From: Okamejei kenojei
Lineage: Eukaryota
Direction: 5' to 3'
NCBI GenBank assembly: GCA_035221665.1
Contig: CM069134.1
Span: 90,892,001 to 90,956,000, forward strand
DNA length: 64,000 bases
Part shown: piece by piece, positions 12,556 to 24,808 of the stretch
How positions within the stretch are numbered: the first letter of the stretch is position 1
How the letters are laid out: every line of letters begins with the position of its first letter
Notes under the pieces: model-generated
Database searches by the model: none
What the model saw: only the letters and a program-made list of their open reading frames with translations
Told to the model about the DNA's origin: nothing
Position numbers and translations under genes: made by a program

Positions 12556-13490
12556 TCATAGAGTGATACAGTGTGGAAACAGGCCCTACGGCCCATCTTG
12601 CCCACACTGGCCAAAATGTCCCAGCTACACTAGTCCCACCTGGCTGCACTTGGTCCATATCACTCCAAACCTGTCATATCCATGCACCTGTCTAACTATT
12701 TATTAAACGTTGGGATAATCCCAGTCTTAACTACCTCTGCTGGCAGCTTGTTCCATACACCAACCACCCTTTGTGTGAAAATTGTACCCCTCAGATTCCT
12801 ATTAATTCTTTTCCCATTCACCTTGTACTTAGGTCCTCTGGTCCTCGATTCCCATACTCTGGGCAAGAGACTCTGTGCATCTACCCGATCTATTCCTCTC
12901 ATGATTTTATACACCTCTATAAGATCACCCCTTATCCTCCTGCGCTCCAACGAATAGATACCCAGCCTACTCAACCTCTCCCTATAGCTGAAGAAGGGTC
13001 TTGACCCAAAACGTCGCCTATCTCCTTCGCTCCTTAGATGCTGCTGCACCCGCTGAGTTTCTCCAGCCTTTTGTGTACCCTCGATTCTCCAGCATCTGCA
13101 GTTCCTTCTTTAACACTCTCCCTATAGCTCACAGCCTCTAGTCTTGGTAACATCCTCGTACATTTTCACTGAACCCTTTCAAGCTGGACAATATCTTTCC
13201 AATAACATGGTGCCTGGAACTGAACACAATATTCTAAATGCACTCACCAACTTCTTATACAACTGCTCCCAACTTCTATACTAAATACCCTGACTGATGA
13301 AGGCCTATAAGCCAAAAGCCTTTTGGACCACCTTATCAACCTGCGACTCGACCTTCAAGGAACCATGCACCTGCACTCCTAGATCCCTCTGCTCTACAAC
13401 ACCCCCCAGAGGTCTACCATTCACTGTGTAGGTCCTGCCCTTGTTAGGCATCCCAAAAAGCAACACCTCACATCTCTCTGTATTCTTCTC
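12556..13490 (-). mobile_element. CR1 LINE 3' fragment
   Basis: RLGIYSLERRRIRGDLIEVYKIM and FTQRVVGVWNKLP on the minus strand. Confidence 0.88.
12988..13115 (+). mobile_element. Solo Penelope-terminal-derived short element with TSD
   Basis: Flanked by ctctccctatag (12976-12987 and 13116-13127); starts at ctgaagaagggtcttgaccc. Confidence 0.9.
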
Positions 13491-13494
13491 ACTT

Positions 13495-13720
13495 TTCTGT
13501 TAACTCCCCCAGATTCTAGCACTCACCTACACAAAGGATAATTTACAGTGCCCACCCAGCCTATCAAATTGCATGTCTTTGGAATGTGGGAAGACACTAG
13601 AGCATCCAGAGAAAAATCCACACGGTCTTAGGGTGAATGTGCAGACTCCACACAATACAGCACCCGAGGTCAGGATTGAATATGGGTTATGGGTGCTGTG
13701 AGACAGCAGCTCTACTAGAT
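13495..13720 (-). mobile_element. tRNA-derived SINE
   Basis: Reverse-complement match to the SINE core at 13857. Confidence 0.65.
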
Positions 13721-13856
13721 TTGCATGGGTGGAGGGATCACCATGCAGTAACCTACCCAGTAAATCAGAGGGCTCCTCTAATAAAACATATCAGGCAATT
13801 ATCACTGAACCAGTGAAGAGGATTTGTATGATTTTTAAAGAGCTTCTTATAAGAGA

Positions 13857-14150
13857 TGGGTGGCACAGTGGTGCAGCTGATTGTGCCGCTGCCTCTGCCC
13901 TGCCAAAGACCTGGATTCGATCCTGACCTTTGGTGTTGTCTATGTGGAGTTTGCATGTTCTCCCTGTGACAGCCTGCGTTTCATCCCAAAGACAGGCAGA
14001 TTTGTAGGTGAATTGGCCTTTGTCAATTGCCCCAATTGTGATGGGAGTGGATGAGAAAGTGGGAAAACATAGAACTAGTGTGAGCAGGCGATCGATGGTC
14101 GGCATGGAGTCAGTGGGCCAAAGGGTCTGTTTTGATGCTGCATATCTTTA
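13857..14150 (+). mobile_element. tRNA-derived SINE (HE1/V-SINE-like)
   Basis: A-box-like gtggcacagtgg, B-box-like ggattcgatcc, gtgtggagtttgcatgttctcc-like core, CR1-like tail gggccaaagggtctgttt. Confidence 0.8.
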
Positions 14151-16533
14151 AAACAAAAAATGTCATAATAGGTGAGGTTTTGCTAGAGAATTTCAAAGCT
14201 TAGGGTGGAAAAACCTGCAGACAGTGAGTGATGGAGCAAATTAAATCAGAGCAAAGGCTCGACTAGGAAGAGCACAGAAATTTTGGGGGTTTTGAGCTGT
14301 AAGGGTATAGAGATTGAAGAACGAGAATATATTGTTGAGGGTTCTCTTTTTTACCTCAGCATCATCTGATATTTATCAATTAAGTAGGAATGGTTTTATC
14401 TGTGGGCTCTTCAGTGTTGCTGGTTATAAGGGCAAATAGATCGAGATGGAGCAATCAACAGAGCATCCTTCATTTGAGAACTACTATCTTCATTAAAAGC
14501 AATTACTGGGTCAATGATGCATGAAAAGTCATATCACACATCATACTCAGTTCTTAAAGGTTGCTCTTAGTTCTATATATATCCACAAGCTAATGGGCCA
14601 CAACATTTTTCTCCTGTATCAGCTAAGTATAGTGGTAGAATGGGAATACAAGAGTATAAAATGTTGGTGCGTACTATTGTTCATATGGGATAATAAATGT
14701 CATAAAACAGAGACTACATTGTCCTCATTATGTACTTAGCAAATATAGCTCTACAAATCCAGCCAAACAGCCTCCTCATTTGCAGAGTTCAGCATTGTTA
14801 TACCACCCATATTTGTGAAACATTATAAGACATCATGTTGAGACTCAGATATGCAGCCCTGCTTTTACCAGCCTGGCGTATGATCATTAATAGGTCTATC
14901 CTCCACCTGGGTGTGTAACTAAGGAAGTCTCAGCTAATTTGGAGAGTTTAATTGAACAGGAAAATTATTGCAGAATAATCTACCCAAATTGTTATCACAG
15001 GAATCAAAGTAAACCTAATTAACAAATTTGCTTCAGAAAAAAATCATAATTAGGTTAATCATTAGCATCAATTTCATTCAAAGATTACACCCATTAAGAC
15101 AAACTGCAGGCATAAAATCAATTGCAAATATATTTAAATTGTAGAATTACCAAGTGTCTTCTGATTTAATGAAAATTCTACATTCTAAAAGAATTGTTCT
15201 TGAACTACAGACGGAAAAAATTATATCTCCAATCACTATCATGTTTGTAAGTGCGACTGAGCAAATCTCCCGTGGGTCCAATTAACTGCAAACAATTGCT
15301 TAATCTACTTACAATTTTGATAAGGCTCCAGCAACATTGTCTTAAAAATATTACATGAAAATGGGCCATTGGACAAAATGGTGGCAAAAGAGAAACAACT
15401 TAATTCATACAGCAGTGAAACACTTACCTCTAACACAATTGGGTCATTCGAACTGAATGTCCTCGGAGGCGTAGAGAGCTCCAAGCAATAACTAGGTTGC
15501 AAATGGTGCATTTTGTGAGTTTTCCCTTTAGCCATCTTTCCCAAGATGTGAGTGATTTCAGATGTCTCTGACCAAATAAAAATGGTTAAAGATTAAAATA
15601 ATTGTTAAATTGTTTTCAATCCCTAAAAGTTATAATATTAAATAAACCATTTACCTGCACTTGCCTTCGTACTCGAGGTCAGTGATTGCCTCTGCTTCAT
15701 GTGTCTGTGCTCCATCGCTGGACTGCCTATGGCACCATCCAATCTCCCACTTGTCTCCAATCTCCACATCCGTAAATGGATACAATGGGTCATGGCAGAC
15801 AATGGGTTAAACTAGACAATGGGCTAACACATATGGTGAGATAATCCTCAGAAAAAGACACAAAGTGCGGGAGTAACTCAGCGGGTCAGGTAAAATCCCT
15901 GTAGAACACGGATAGGTGACATTCCAGGCCTAAGGATGCTTCTGAAACAGCATCTGCAGTTCCTTACTTCTACCCGATAATGCTCAAGGCTGGACAAGGG
16001 GCCTCACTGAAACCTTGTTGAAATTGCATAACACCAGATTCAGTGACCAGTGCAAATAAAGTGAATTTAACTTAGCCCATGCCTAGATACTGCCAACCAT
16101 TGCACAGACTCCGGGGGGAATTTAGCATTGTACATATAGGGTAAAATGGAACTACTCACATCTTTTATAACACTGAGCACACCAGAGTACACCGTGGTAA
16201 ACATGAATCCCTTTATTTTATGTCCTTGTTACGCATGTGTAGTGGAGATAATGAGGGAAATGTAGATAATAGTTAGTATAAGAAAACAATGTATGCTTTG
16301 TATCTGTGGGCATCTGCCCTAGAATGCGAGTATCCTAAGTTGACCAATTTGTAATAAAGAGAAATTGTAAGTGCAGCTCAGACTCAACATGAATGTTTCC
16401 CATCTCACTGTGCAGGCATGGAAGTTGGAGATAAGCTGGACAACAAAATGTTGATGTCCAGTAACCAGAGGTAACCACAATCTGGCTCATTGTCAGAATA
16501 TATACCGTGTGAATTCTACATAGCTGGCCCTTA

Positions 16534-16870
16534 AAGAGCCTGTCCCACTTAGGTGACTTTTTTGGCAAGAGCAGGAGACTCTGCGCTCACCACAAGATCG
16601 CCACATGGTGGGCCACATGGTGGGCACATGTTCGCTGGTTGTCTCTGGTGAGTTTCCTTCATGGTTGCGAGGAGTTCCCGCATTCTGGGAACTAGTCGTT
16701 GCCTCAGTATGGTCGGCGAAAAATTTTCAACATGTTAAAAAAAATTGTGCGACCAGTGGGGTCGCCAGTTATCGTAGGTAATCGTAGGTAGTCGTCATAG
16801 TCGTAGGTAGTCTTAGTTAATCGCCTTTGCTGACCGATCATTTTCATTGGCTCATTGCGAAAAAAAAGGT
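16534..16870. mobile_element. Truncated CTGTCCCAC-type MITE (left part only)
   Basis: Colinear with 22479-22790; no right TIR seen. Confidence 0.7.
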
Positions 16871-19606
16871 ATGTAAACAGCAGCACATGATGCGCTGTCA
16901 TTCCAGTGCGTGTTCATTGCGCAATTTTTCTTTCAATGGATCAGACGGTGTGAGACATGTCTCTGAGGAGAAGGCTTCAGCGCAGGGGCAGGGCACAACC
17001 CTCAACACCACCCACCAGGCTGTTATCAACATTTGTTTGTTTATAAGACTTTTGTATGTTTCATGACCAATAAAGGACTTTTTACCTCAAATTGATGTAT
17101 GAATATCATTCTTTTTCATAGTACCCTCAAGTCATCACTTACATATCATATTTCATATTTAATTTCTCATATATTTAGATCATTGAAACACACACAAAGG
17201 CAAGAAAGGAATGCACTGTATTTAAAGAACCACTTCATTTCAAACGTAATTACTGTATGCTGTGCAGTTGTATTAGGAGGGTCTGTCCTAATAAGCATTG
17301 TGCAGTAATTGTATATGGAATTAAACCTGTTCCTGGTGCATTACCAAATACTCATAGATCCAAGATCTGTGATCGTTACGAAACACATAATCATCTCATG
17401 GGAGCAGCCATCAGGACTAAAAGAGTTGCATACTTAAATTTTAGCAGCTGATCTACAGAAAGAAACCAGGCTTTTATCCAGAATTATAGTTCACCTTCCA
17501 CTGAACCTTGCAATATAATTGGGTGGCCAGTCCCACTACCTGAAGTAACTGGTCTAATTATGTTGATTGCAGCATACATCATCAAAAAAGGCATCTTGAA
17601 AAGAATGACCCACAGCAATAAATAAAGCAATTAACAAGTTTTGCTAATTATCCAAAGCAGTTCTGTAGTTATGCGTGCAAATGTTATCCCCAGATAATGA
17701 GCTTTAACGCACAAGCATATTAGTTTTCAGAATACTGATTGTTTGAATGTTAAAATGCAAATAGCAAGACACGGAGAATATAAGAGCACAAACAAAACCC
17801 TCTTTAGGTTTAAAGAGATAATATAATTTTCTCCTGTGGCAAGTTAATGCGATGTGGGATGGACTGCCTGAAATTTGGGGTGGGGGGTTGGAAATTCAAA
17901 AGCAACTTTCAAATGGAAATTAGATAAAGAGGAGATAATTTCAGAGTTAGGGGAAGGGATTAATTGGTTAGCTCTTTCAAAAAACCATTCAAGCACAATC
18001 TCCTCTGTGCTCTAAAAGACAGAATCCAAACTTCTATAAAATAGATTTTTTTTTTTTTACAAAGGCAGCTACTAATTCGCTGCTGTGTTGTGTATAGCAC
18101 CACAAATTGATCATTGTCAGAAGTCAATAGAATTCTTACTCTACTTTGTGTACTTTCCAGCGCTTTGTGTGCAGTTTACACGTTTTCTCTGTGACCACGT
18201 GGGTTTCCTCTCTGGTGCTGCAGTTTCATCCTGCATCACACAGACACATGTAAGGTTAATTGGACAATGTGAAACATATTGTAGTTTGGCTGGTGTCATT
18301 GATGGGAATGTGGGGAGAAGGAGATTCCCCTGCATTGGCATAGACTTGATGGCCCAAATGTCTTCGATATTGTGTGGAATTTGGAACAGAATTCAGTGAG
18401 ATGACATGAAAGAATTTGATGATTTTAAAGGGTTGTGATGTTTTTGAACAATTTTATGCTTGGTAACACACATGTTGAATGGGGTGTTAAGACCCGAGGG
18501 TAACCTGATGGCAGTCATTTTGGGGCAGTGGGAGATCTGCACCAATATTTAATGGCCACTATCTGGAATCCTGGAAGGAAAATTAAACCATTACCAATAT
18601 CAGATTGATTCCGTACAGCAAAACATCCTGTTCTTGTATTTATGTTTTTTCTGTTGGAATCTGCATCCTTTATTTATGATCCTGTGTTTATTCCGTTGTG
18701 ATTATAAAAGTATAATCTTGCCAAGAATGAATATAATTACTCTGTGGTGCTATTTTGCAAACTGGTTAGTGGTGTTTGTTATGAATTCTTATTTGCATTC
18801 ATTAAGAATCCTTCTGGATCATTGGTGCATGGGTTGCTGCAATGGCCCTCTAGGAAAGTTAGTAGCTGCTGGTGGTGCATCAAGGATCAAAAATTCTGCA
18901 AGTACCGACACGTGCAATATATTTTTTTAATACAACCAGTCAATGTACAATTAAATAGAAAGGTGCAGAAATACATCCTGTTAAATGTACATTTAACTTC
19001 GCTTCATAGCTTAGTTTCATAAACTTCATAAGATCTAAATGTGCAATTGTCACTATGTTGTGCTTTTGAATCAAAAAACAACAGTCCAATTTATGGGAGG
19101 GGGCGTGCAAAAACTGAGGAGGGGGAGGGAGAGTGGGTCGGGGAAGTCGGAATGGGGCCGGGGGGAGGAGAGGAGATGCACGTTGCACATCGCACATCCT
19201 ATCTTCTTCTTCTTCTTCTTCTTCTTGCGAATGAAACATGAACCAAAGGAATAGTTAGATCTCAAGCCAGGTGTTGAGCAGCCAGGTTGTTGTCTCTGCA
19301 TCAATGTCTGCCAGGCCCTGAGCTCCATTTACTGGGTGGTCGAGCAGTCACCCAGAGATGACATGGTTGGCTGTCTGTTGTTCTGCTCTGCGTTCACAGG
19401 CTGGGGAGGTCAGACCCTGGACAACTTTTATCTGGTGAAGAGATGTAGCTGCGTAATGGATATGAGGTTGTCTTCCACTCCTGTGACACTTGGTGGCTAT
19501 CCAGTGTGCTTTTGTCTCAGTTGGCTGGATGGATGCTAAGAGTCGTTTTCCATGTGGAGCAAATAGAGCATAGAGAATGTGCAGACTCAACACAGACAGC
19601 ACTTAA

Positions 19607-20597
19607 AGGTGGCGGCGTGCCTGCAGTCCGTCTGTTTTTTTCCTTTTTTTTTGTTACTGTCCTGTTTTCTTAGCTAATTTTGTTTTATTAGGTTGTGTAT
19701 GTGTGTGGGTGGGGGGGGAGAAACGTGTTTTTGGTCTCTTCCTTCAGGGGATGCAACTTTTTTTGTCATATCCCCCGTCTCCGTCTCCGTCTGTGACGAG
19801 GCCCAATGGCGGAGCTGGCGGCCTCGGAGCTGTAGCGGCGTTCCGGCAACTCAGCCTCGGAGCTGTGGCGGCGTTCCGGCAACTCAGCCTCGGAGCTGTA
19901 GCGGCGTTCCGGCAACTCAGCCTCGGAGCTGTGGCGGCGTTCCGGCGGCAGCGGAAGCGGCGACCCGACTCGGTCAGAACTGTGGCGGCAGCAGCGGCAG
20001 CTGCGACCCGACCTGGCCTCAGAGCTGAGGCGGCAGCAGCGGCTACCCGACTTGGCCTCAGAGCTGTGGCGGCAGCGGCAGCGGCGACCCGACCCGGCCT
20101 CGAGCTGTGGCGGCGGCAGCGGCGTTCCGGCGGTGGCCCTACCTCGGAGGCTCGGCCGCGGGCCCAGTGGACGACATCGTCGGGAGCTCGCAGGTCACAC
20201 GTTGGTGACCTGTTTTCCTGAGCTCCCACAACAACAGCTTCGACCACTGGTCTGGAGGGCGGCAGCTTCGATCACCCCGGGCCGCGGAGTTTGAACCGGC
20301 CCGTTCGCGGAGCACAGTTGAGCCGCGGGACTTACTTACCATCACCCGGTGGGGTCACAACATCTGAAGCCTGGATCGCCTCGGCGCAGAGGGAGAACAA
20401 AGAGGGAAGAGACAGAGACTTTAAGATTTTGCCTTCCATCGCAGTGAGGACGTGTTTGGTGAACTCACTGTGGTGGATGTTAAATTTGTGTTTACTGTGT
20501 GTTTTTGTCATTTTTATTATATGTATGACTGCAAGGCAGCGAAATCTCGCTCAGACCGAAAGGTCTGAATGACAAAAATAAAATTCAATTCAATTCA
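19607..20597 (+). mobile_element. GC-rich non-coding non-autonomous retroelement with a Rex1-like tail
   Basis: Interrupts the Vingi-like LINE. Ends with the tcagacc-gaaa-ggtctga hairpin, tgacaaaaataaa and (ttcaa)3. Shares blocks with 52070-52715. Confidence 0.7.
19820..19945 (+). repeat. 33-bp minisatellite, about 4 copies
   Basis: Unit gcctcggagctgtRgcggcgttccggcaactca, with R alternating A/G. Confidence 0.95.
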
Positions 20598-21456
20598 AAG
20601 GGGTGATGGGACTTCAGTCGGGGTGGCCTCTGCTCTAGCCGATAGCCTGATAGAAGAGGTGATCTGGGTCCATGGCATGACGAGATAGTGCTAGAGTTGC
20701 TGCTTGCCTTCGGATCCCTGCAGGCGCATTGCCTATAAGTATAGGGAGCTGCTCGACTGGAGTAGGTTGAAGGCACGCAGTGATGGTTCGTAAGGTGCTG
20801 TTCAGGCTCATGTCTACCAGGCTAGTATGTCTACTTCTACTCCATACTGTACAGTACTCAGCTGGGGCATACACAAGAGCTAAGGCAGAGGTGCAAAACG
20901 TTGATGGACTGGCTCCCCAACTTGTTCCTGATAGGCATCGGATGAGGCCGCTACGTGCAATGACCTTGTCGCGGAGACCAGCCAGGTGTTGACAAAATGT
21001 AAGCGACCTGTCCAGCTTTACGCCGAGGTAAGTGGGTGTTTGTTGGAAGTCCAAGCGCCTGTTGTTAACGAAGACAGCTAGCTCTCGCTTAGCTTCCTAT
21101 AATTATCCTATAATGTTAAGTCACTGGAAAAGATGTTCATTAAGATGATTCATTGAACTGTAAATCCACCTGGTATTCCGTCTACAATTTCATAACTTTG
21201 CGATGAGGGAAGTTAGAAGAGATTTAGGAACTTGTACTGCAGAATAAGGCAATTCAGTTCATTGTGAAATCAAGCAATTGTGAAAAATCTCGGCATAAGT
21301 CAACACCATGGCAACAGAGGAGGGAGATGGACTATTTTATATTAAATATTGTTCAATATAAATTGCATCTCAGAATCTATGGTTTGGATTCATTGCCCAG
21401 ATTTCCATTATGTGCTTTTATAGCTATTTCCAGTCTAAAAGTCATACTGCAGAAAT

Positions 21457-21640
21457 AAGGAACTGCAGATGCTGGTTTACAAAAAAAGACAAAATGCTGG
21501 AGTAACTCAGCAGGTCAGGAAGCATTTATGGAGAACATGGATAGGCTGAAGAAGGGTCCCGAACCGAAACATTACCTATCCATGTTCTCCGGGGCTACTG
21601 CCTGACTCGCTGATTTACTCCAGCATTTGTGTATTTTGTT
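21457..21640. mobile_element. Palindromic Penelope-terminal-derived element (older)
   Basis: Inverted arms around ctgaagaagggtcccgaaccgaaac. Confidence 0.75.
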
Positions 21641-22478
21641 CTACGCGTCAAATTGTTGGCTGGTACATCTGACCTGTGGAACCACATTGGCTGCTTTCTA
21701 GTGGAAGGAGATACAAAGAACTGCAGGTGCTGGTTTACAAATGACAAAGTGCTGGAGTAACTCAATAGGTCAGTACTATCTGATCTGCTGAGACCCCTGC
21801 ACTTTGTGCTTTTTTTAGCCGTTTTCTAGTGTTCTATTGGACAATATTCTTCATGAGTTTTGAGCAAGTTTTCAATCAAGTTTACACACATTTCCTAGAT
21901 TCCTTGTGGGGTTATGGGATGGTATTTAATTCAAAGTCATAACCATTAACAAGTGAATGAGGCTATGGGAAAGGTTTACAGCTACAAATGATCCAAACCA
22001 GTGTCTCCTGTGATCAAAACTGTTGAAAAGAATCAATGGAGGAAAAGGAGGTACAACGTCACTATCCTTCCGTGGCAATGCCTCATCAGTCTTGGTGTTT
22101 TAAAAGTCTCTCTATCTTTAACTCATGTTAAAGTAGCGGTATGGGAGACTAGTTAATGAAAATAGTGGACCTTACACTATCACAGTTTTCTCTTCTCTTC
22201 TTTCGTCAAGGAACTGAATGTTGCTGAGATCAATTCCTTAAGTTACATTGGTCCTTTGTTTTTTGCAGAAGACATATGCAATGGCTGTTTTAAAGGTAAT
22301 ATAGTGTCATACAGCTCTGAAACAGACCTGTCAACTCACCTAACTCTTCATGGTCCCCTGAAACGGTTTAGAAAGTTGCTAAGGTCAAATATTTAGGGAT
22401 GTGGAGTAAATGCTGGTTTTACGTGCAATACCCACATGCTGCAAGTGAAATACAGGGGACAAAAAAAGAAAGTGTTAT

Positions 22479-23016
22479 AGGCCTGTCCCACTTAGGCGAC
22501 TTTTTAGGCGACTGCAGGAAACAATGCAGTCGCCACATGGTCACCACATGTTCGCGGGTGGTTGCCGGGGAGTCGCCTTCATGGTCGTGAGGAGTTCCTG
22601 CATGCTAGGAACTAGTTGCTGCCTCACTGTGGTCGCAGCAAATTTTTCACCATGTTGAAAAATTAGTGGCGACTAGAATGAAGCCGCCATGGAGCGTAGC
22701 GAGAATTCTCGTGCCATAGGTGGGTCGCCAGGAAGTCCTAGTGGGTTGCCACGAGGTCGAAGGTTCTTGTAGGTTCTTGTAGGTTGTGTGTCCGTATCAC
22801 CTTGGCTTTGCACCGTGTGAATTTCACTAAGGCAGCGCTCCCATCTTACCCTGTCCCCCACCTGCATAACAGGCTAGTGAAGGAAGCAATGCTTGTGTGC
22901 ATGTGCGTGGTCCACTCTGACAGTCGCTGTTCCAGTTGCCATTTTTTCTGGTGACTGCCGGCAACTTGACAGTAGCTGGCAGTCGCCTGAAAAATCGGGT
23001 AAGTGGGACAGTCCCA
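22479..23016. mobile_element. CTGTCCCAC-type MITE
   Basis: Ends ggcctgtcccacttaggcgactttttaggcgactgc and gcagtcgcctgaaaaatcgggtaagtgggacagtcc are inverted. Confidence 0.8.
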
Positions 23017-23564
23017 TAACAGTAAGATTGTTTCACCTTAAAAAGATCATTGGTCTCCAGTCTAACCTTCAATCCCTTATTTTTTTTATGTCCATCTCCA
23101 TCTCCCTGACTAGTCACAACATGGCTATAGGAGAGAAACTTCCAAAGATTCATCACCCCCTGATGAAATTCCTTTCAATCTCAATTACCCTTTATCCCAA
23201 GACAATACTCTCAGGTTTCACCACCAGCGTACTCACCACTCAGCAATTACCTTGTCAAATTCCATCAGGATCCTAAGCATTTCAATATGATTATCTTTTT
23301 CTTTTAAACACTCAGATTCAATCTGCATAATCTTTCCTCGTTAGATAATCCTTCCTCTAAGAAATCAACTGCCTGTACGGAAATATCCTTCCCTAAATAA
23401 GGAGGCAATTTCAAAGTTCTGGAATTCTATTCTATAAGGGCATCAAAGTTGGGTATGATCCTCTCTGATAGATCTTTGATCAAATCTGTATAAACATTTC
23501 CTAGAATTGTTAACTGGCTTGCAGTTAACAATTCTTTCAAATCTTTCAAATTTCTGATGTGACT

Positions 23565-24115
23565 GGTCTGAACAGTGCGGCGACCTAATTGGCGAGTTTA
23601 AAAGAGTTTGCCCTCGACTCATACTCCCAGCATGGTCGACATGAGGTCCTAGGAGGTTTTTGTAACTCTCCTTCATGCTCGAGAGTAGTCCCCGCGTACT
23701 CAAGGCCTCAGCTAGGCCGTGGCATATTTTACAACATGCTGAAAAATGCCCGCGAGTAAAAAAAGGTTGCCATGGAAAAAATCTATATATTTTTTACTCG
23801 TAGGTTTAGTTGAAGTAGGTCGTAGTAGGTCGGCATGTTTTTCGTAGGTAATTGAGGGTAGTCTAAGGTAATCTAAGGTAGTCGGAGATAGTCTTCAACA
23901 TAGTCGAAGGGAGGTCGGAGGGAGGTCGAAGGAGGTCGTTCTTCACTCTCCACCATTCGGTGTCCAATTTTCTCGAAACTAGTCTTCATTATAGTCGAAG
24001 GAGGTCGAAGGAGCTCTTCTACATAGTCGAAGGAGGTCTTCAACATTACACTTTTTCAAACTCTCCTAAACTCTTCTAAACTCGCCAATTCCGTCGCCGC
24101 AGTGGGACAGCCCCT
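23565..24115. mobile_element. CTGTCCCAC-type MITE (different interior)
   Basis: Ends tgcggcgacctaattggcgagttta and taaactcgccaattccgtcgccgcagtgggacagcccc are inverted; internal tagtcgaaggaggtc repeats. Confidence 0.78.
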
Positions 24116-24457
24116 TAAAACCTTTCAGCTTGATGGAGACATTTGAAATGAAAGGGCACTGCGTTAAAGGTGAGGAGGAAGGTTAGAGATCAAAGGCGAG
24201 AAAATGTTACAGGATGGTTGAGATCTGAAGCAATGCGTGAGGTGATGGTAAAGGCAGGTTTTCTCACAACATTTAAAGTATCTGGACAGTCACCCAAAAT
24301 CACCAAGGCATAGAAGGTTACAGAGCAAGTGTTAGTGTTTAGTATGGATGGGTACCTAATGATCAGCATGGGTATGGTGGGCGAGAGGCATGTTTCAGTG
24401 ATCATGTTTCTGTATGATTTCTATGGCTTCATGTGACTGGCTCAGCATCCCCTAGAA

Positions 24458-24698
24458 CAAGGGTTCCCAACCTGGGGTAAATGTACCCCCTGGGGGTAAC
24501 TTTTGCATACACAGGGGGTAAATTTATTGATTCTGGATTCTGGATCTGTACATATTTTTTCGCATTGTCTGACTGTGTTTGGTTCTGGTATACCGGTATC
24601 TGTTCATCATTAGTTGTTCATAAATAAGTGAAATAACATTGTTATGTGCTATTAAAGTTGCCAGAGGTAAACGGGACAATAAAGGTTGGGAACCCCTG
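24458..24698. mobile_element. hAT (Charlie-like) MITE
   Basis: TIRs caagggttcccaacct and aggttgggaacccctg; degenerate 8-bp flanks with central TA (ccctagaa, ctatacaa). Confidence 0.8.
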
Positions 24699-24808
24699 CT
24701 ATACAATGAGATCAGTTAGCCCATTAAGTCACAAGATGTACAACCAACTATCATTTGTAACAGAAAATTCACCAGATTAAGATGATTTTCCTCTTCCTCT
24801 TTTCCCAG

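Larger units (their letters stand above)
19202..21097 (-). mobile_element. Ingi/Vingi-like (I-group) LINE 3' part with (GAA)n tail, split by a later insertion
   Basis: YLGVKLDRSLTF, SWGASPST, ALALVYAPAEYC, then the C-terminal SPAC..QQTANHVIS motif. The (TTC)n run at 19202-19225 is the tail. Clade assignment is from memory of motifs. Confidence 0.7.

Noticed and set aside
13857-13930. tRNA-like A and B boxes
   Set aside because: This is a SINE head followed by SINE core and tail; no cloverleaf.
19693-20294. Overlapping Ala/Arg-rich ORFs of 111-172 aa on both strands
   Set aside because: They arise from stop-poor GC-rich tandem repeats inside a mobile element; no domain is recognisable.
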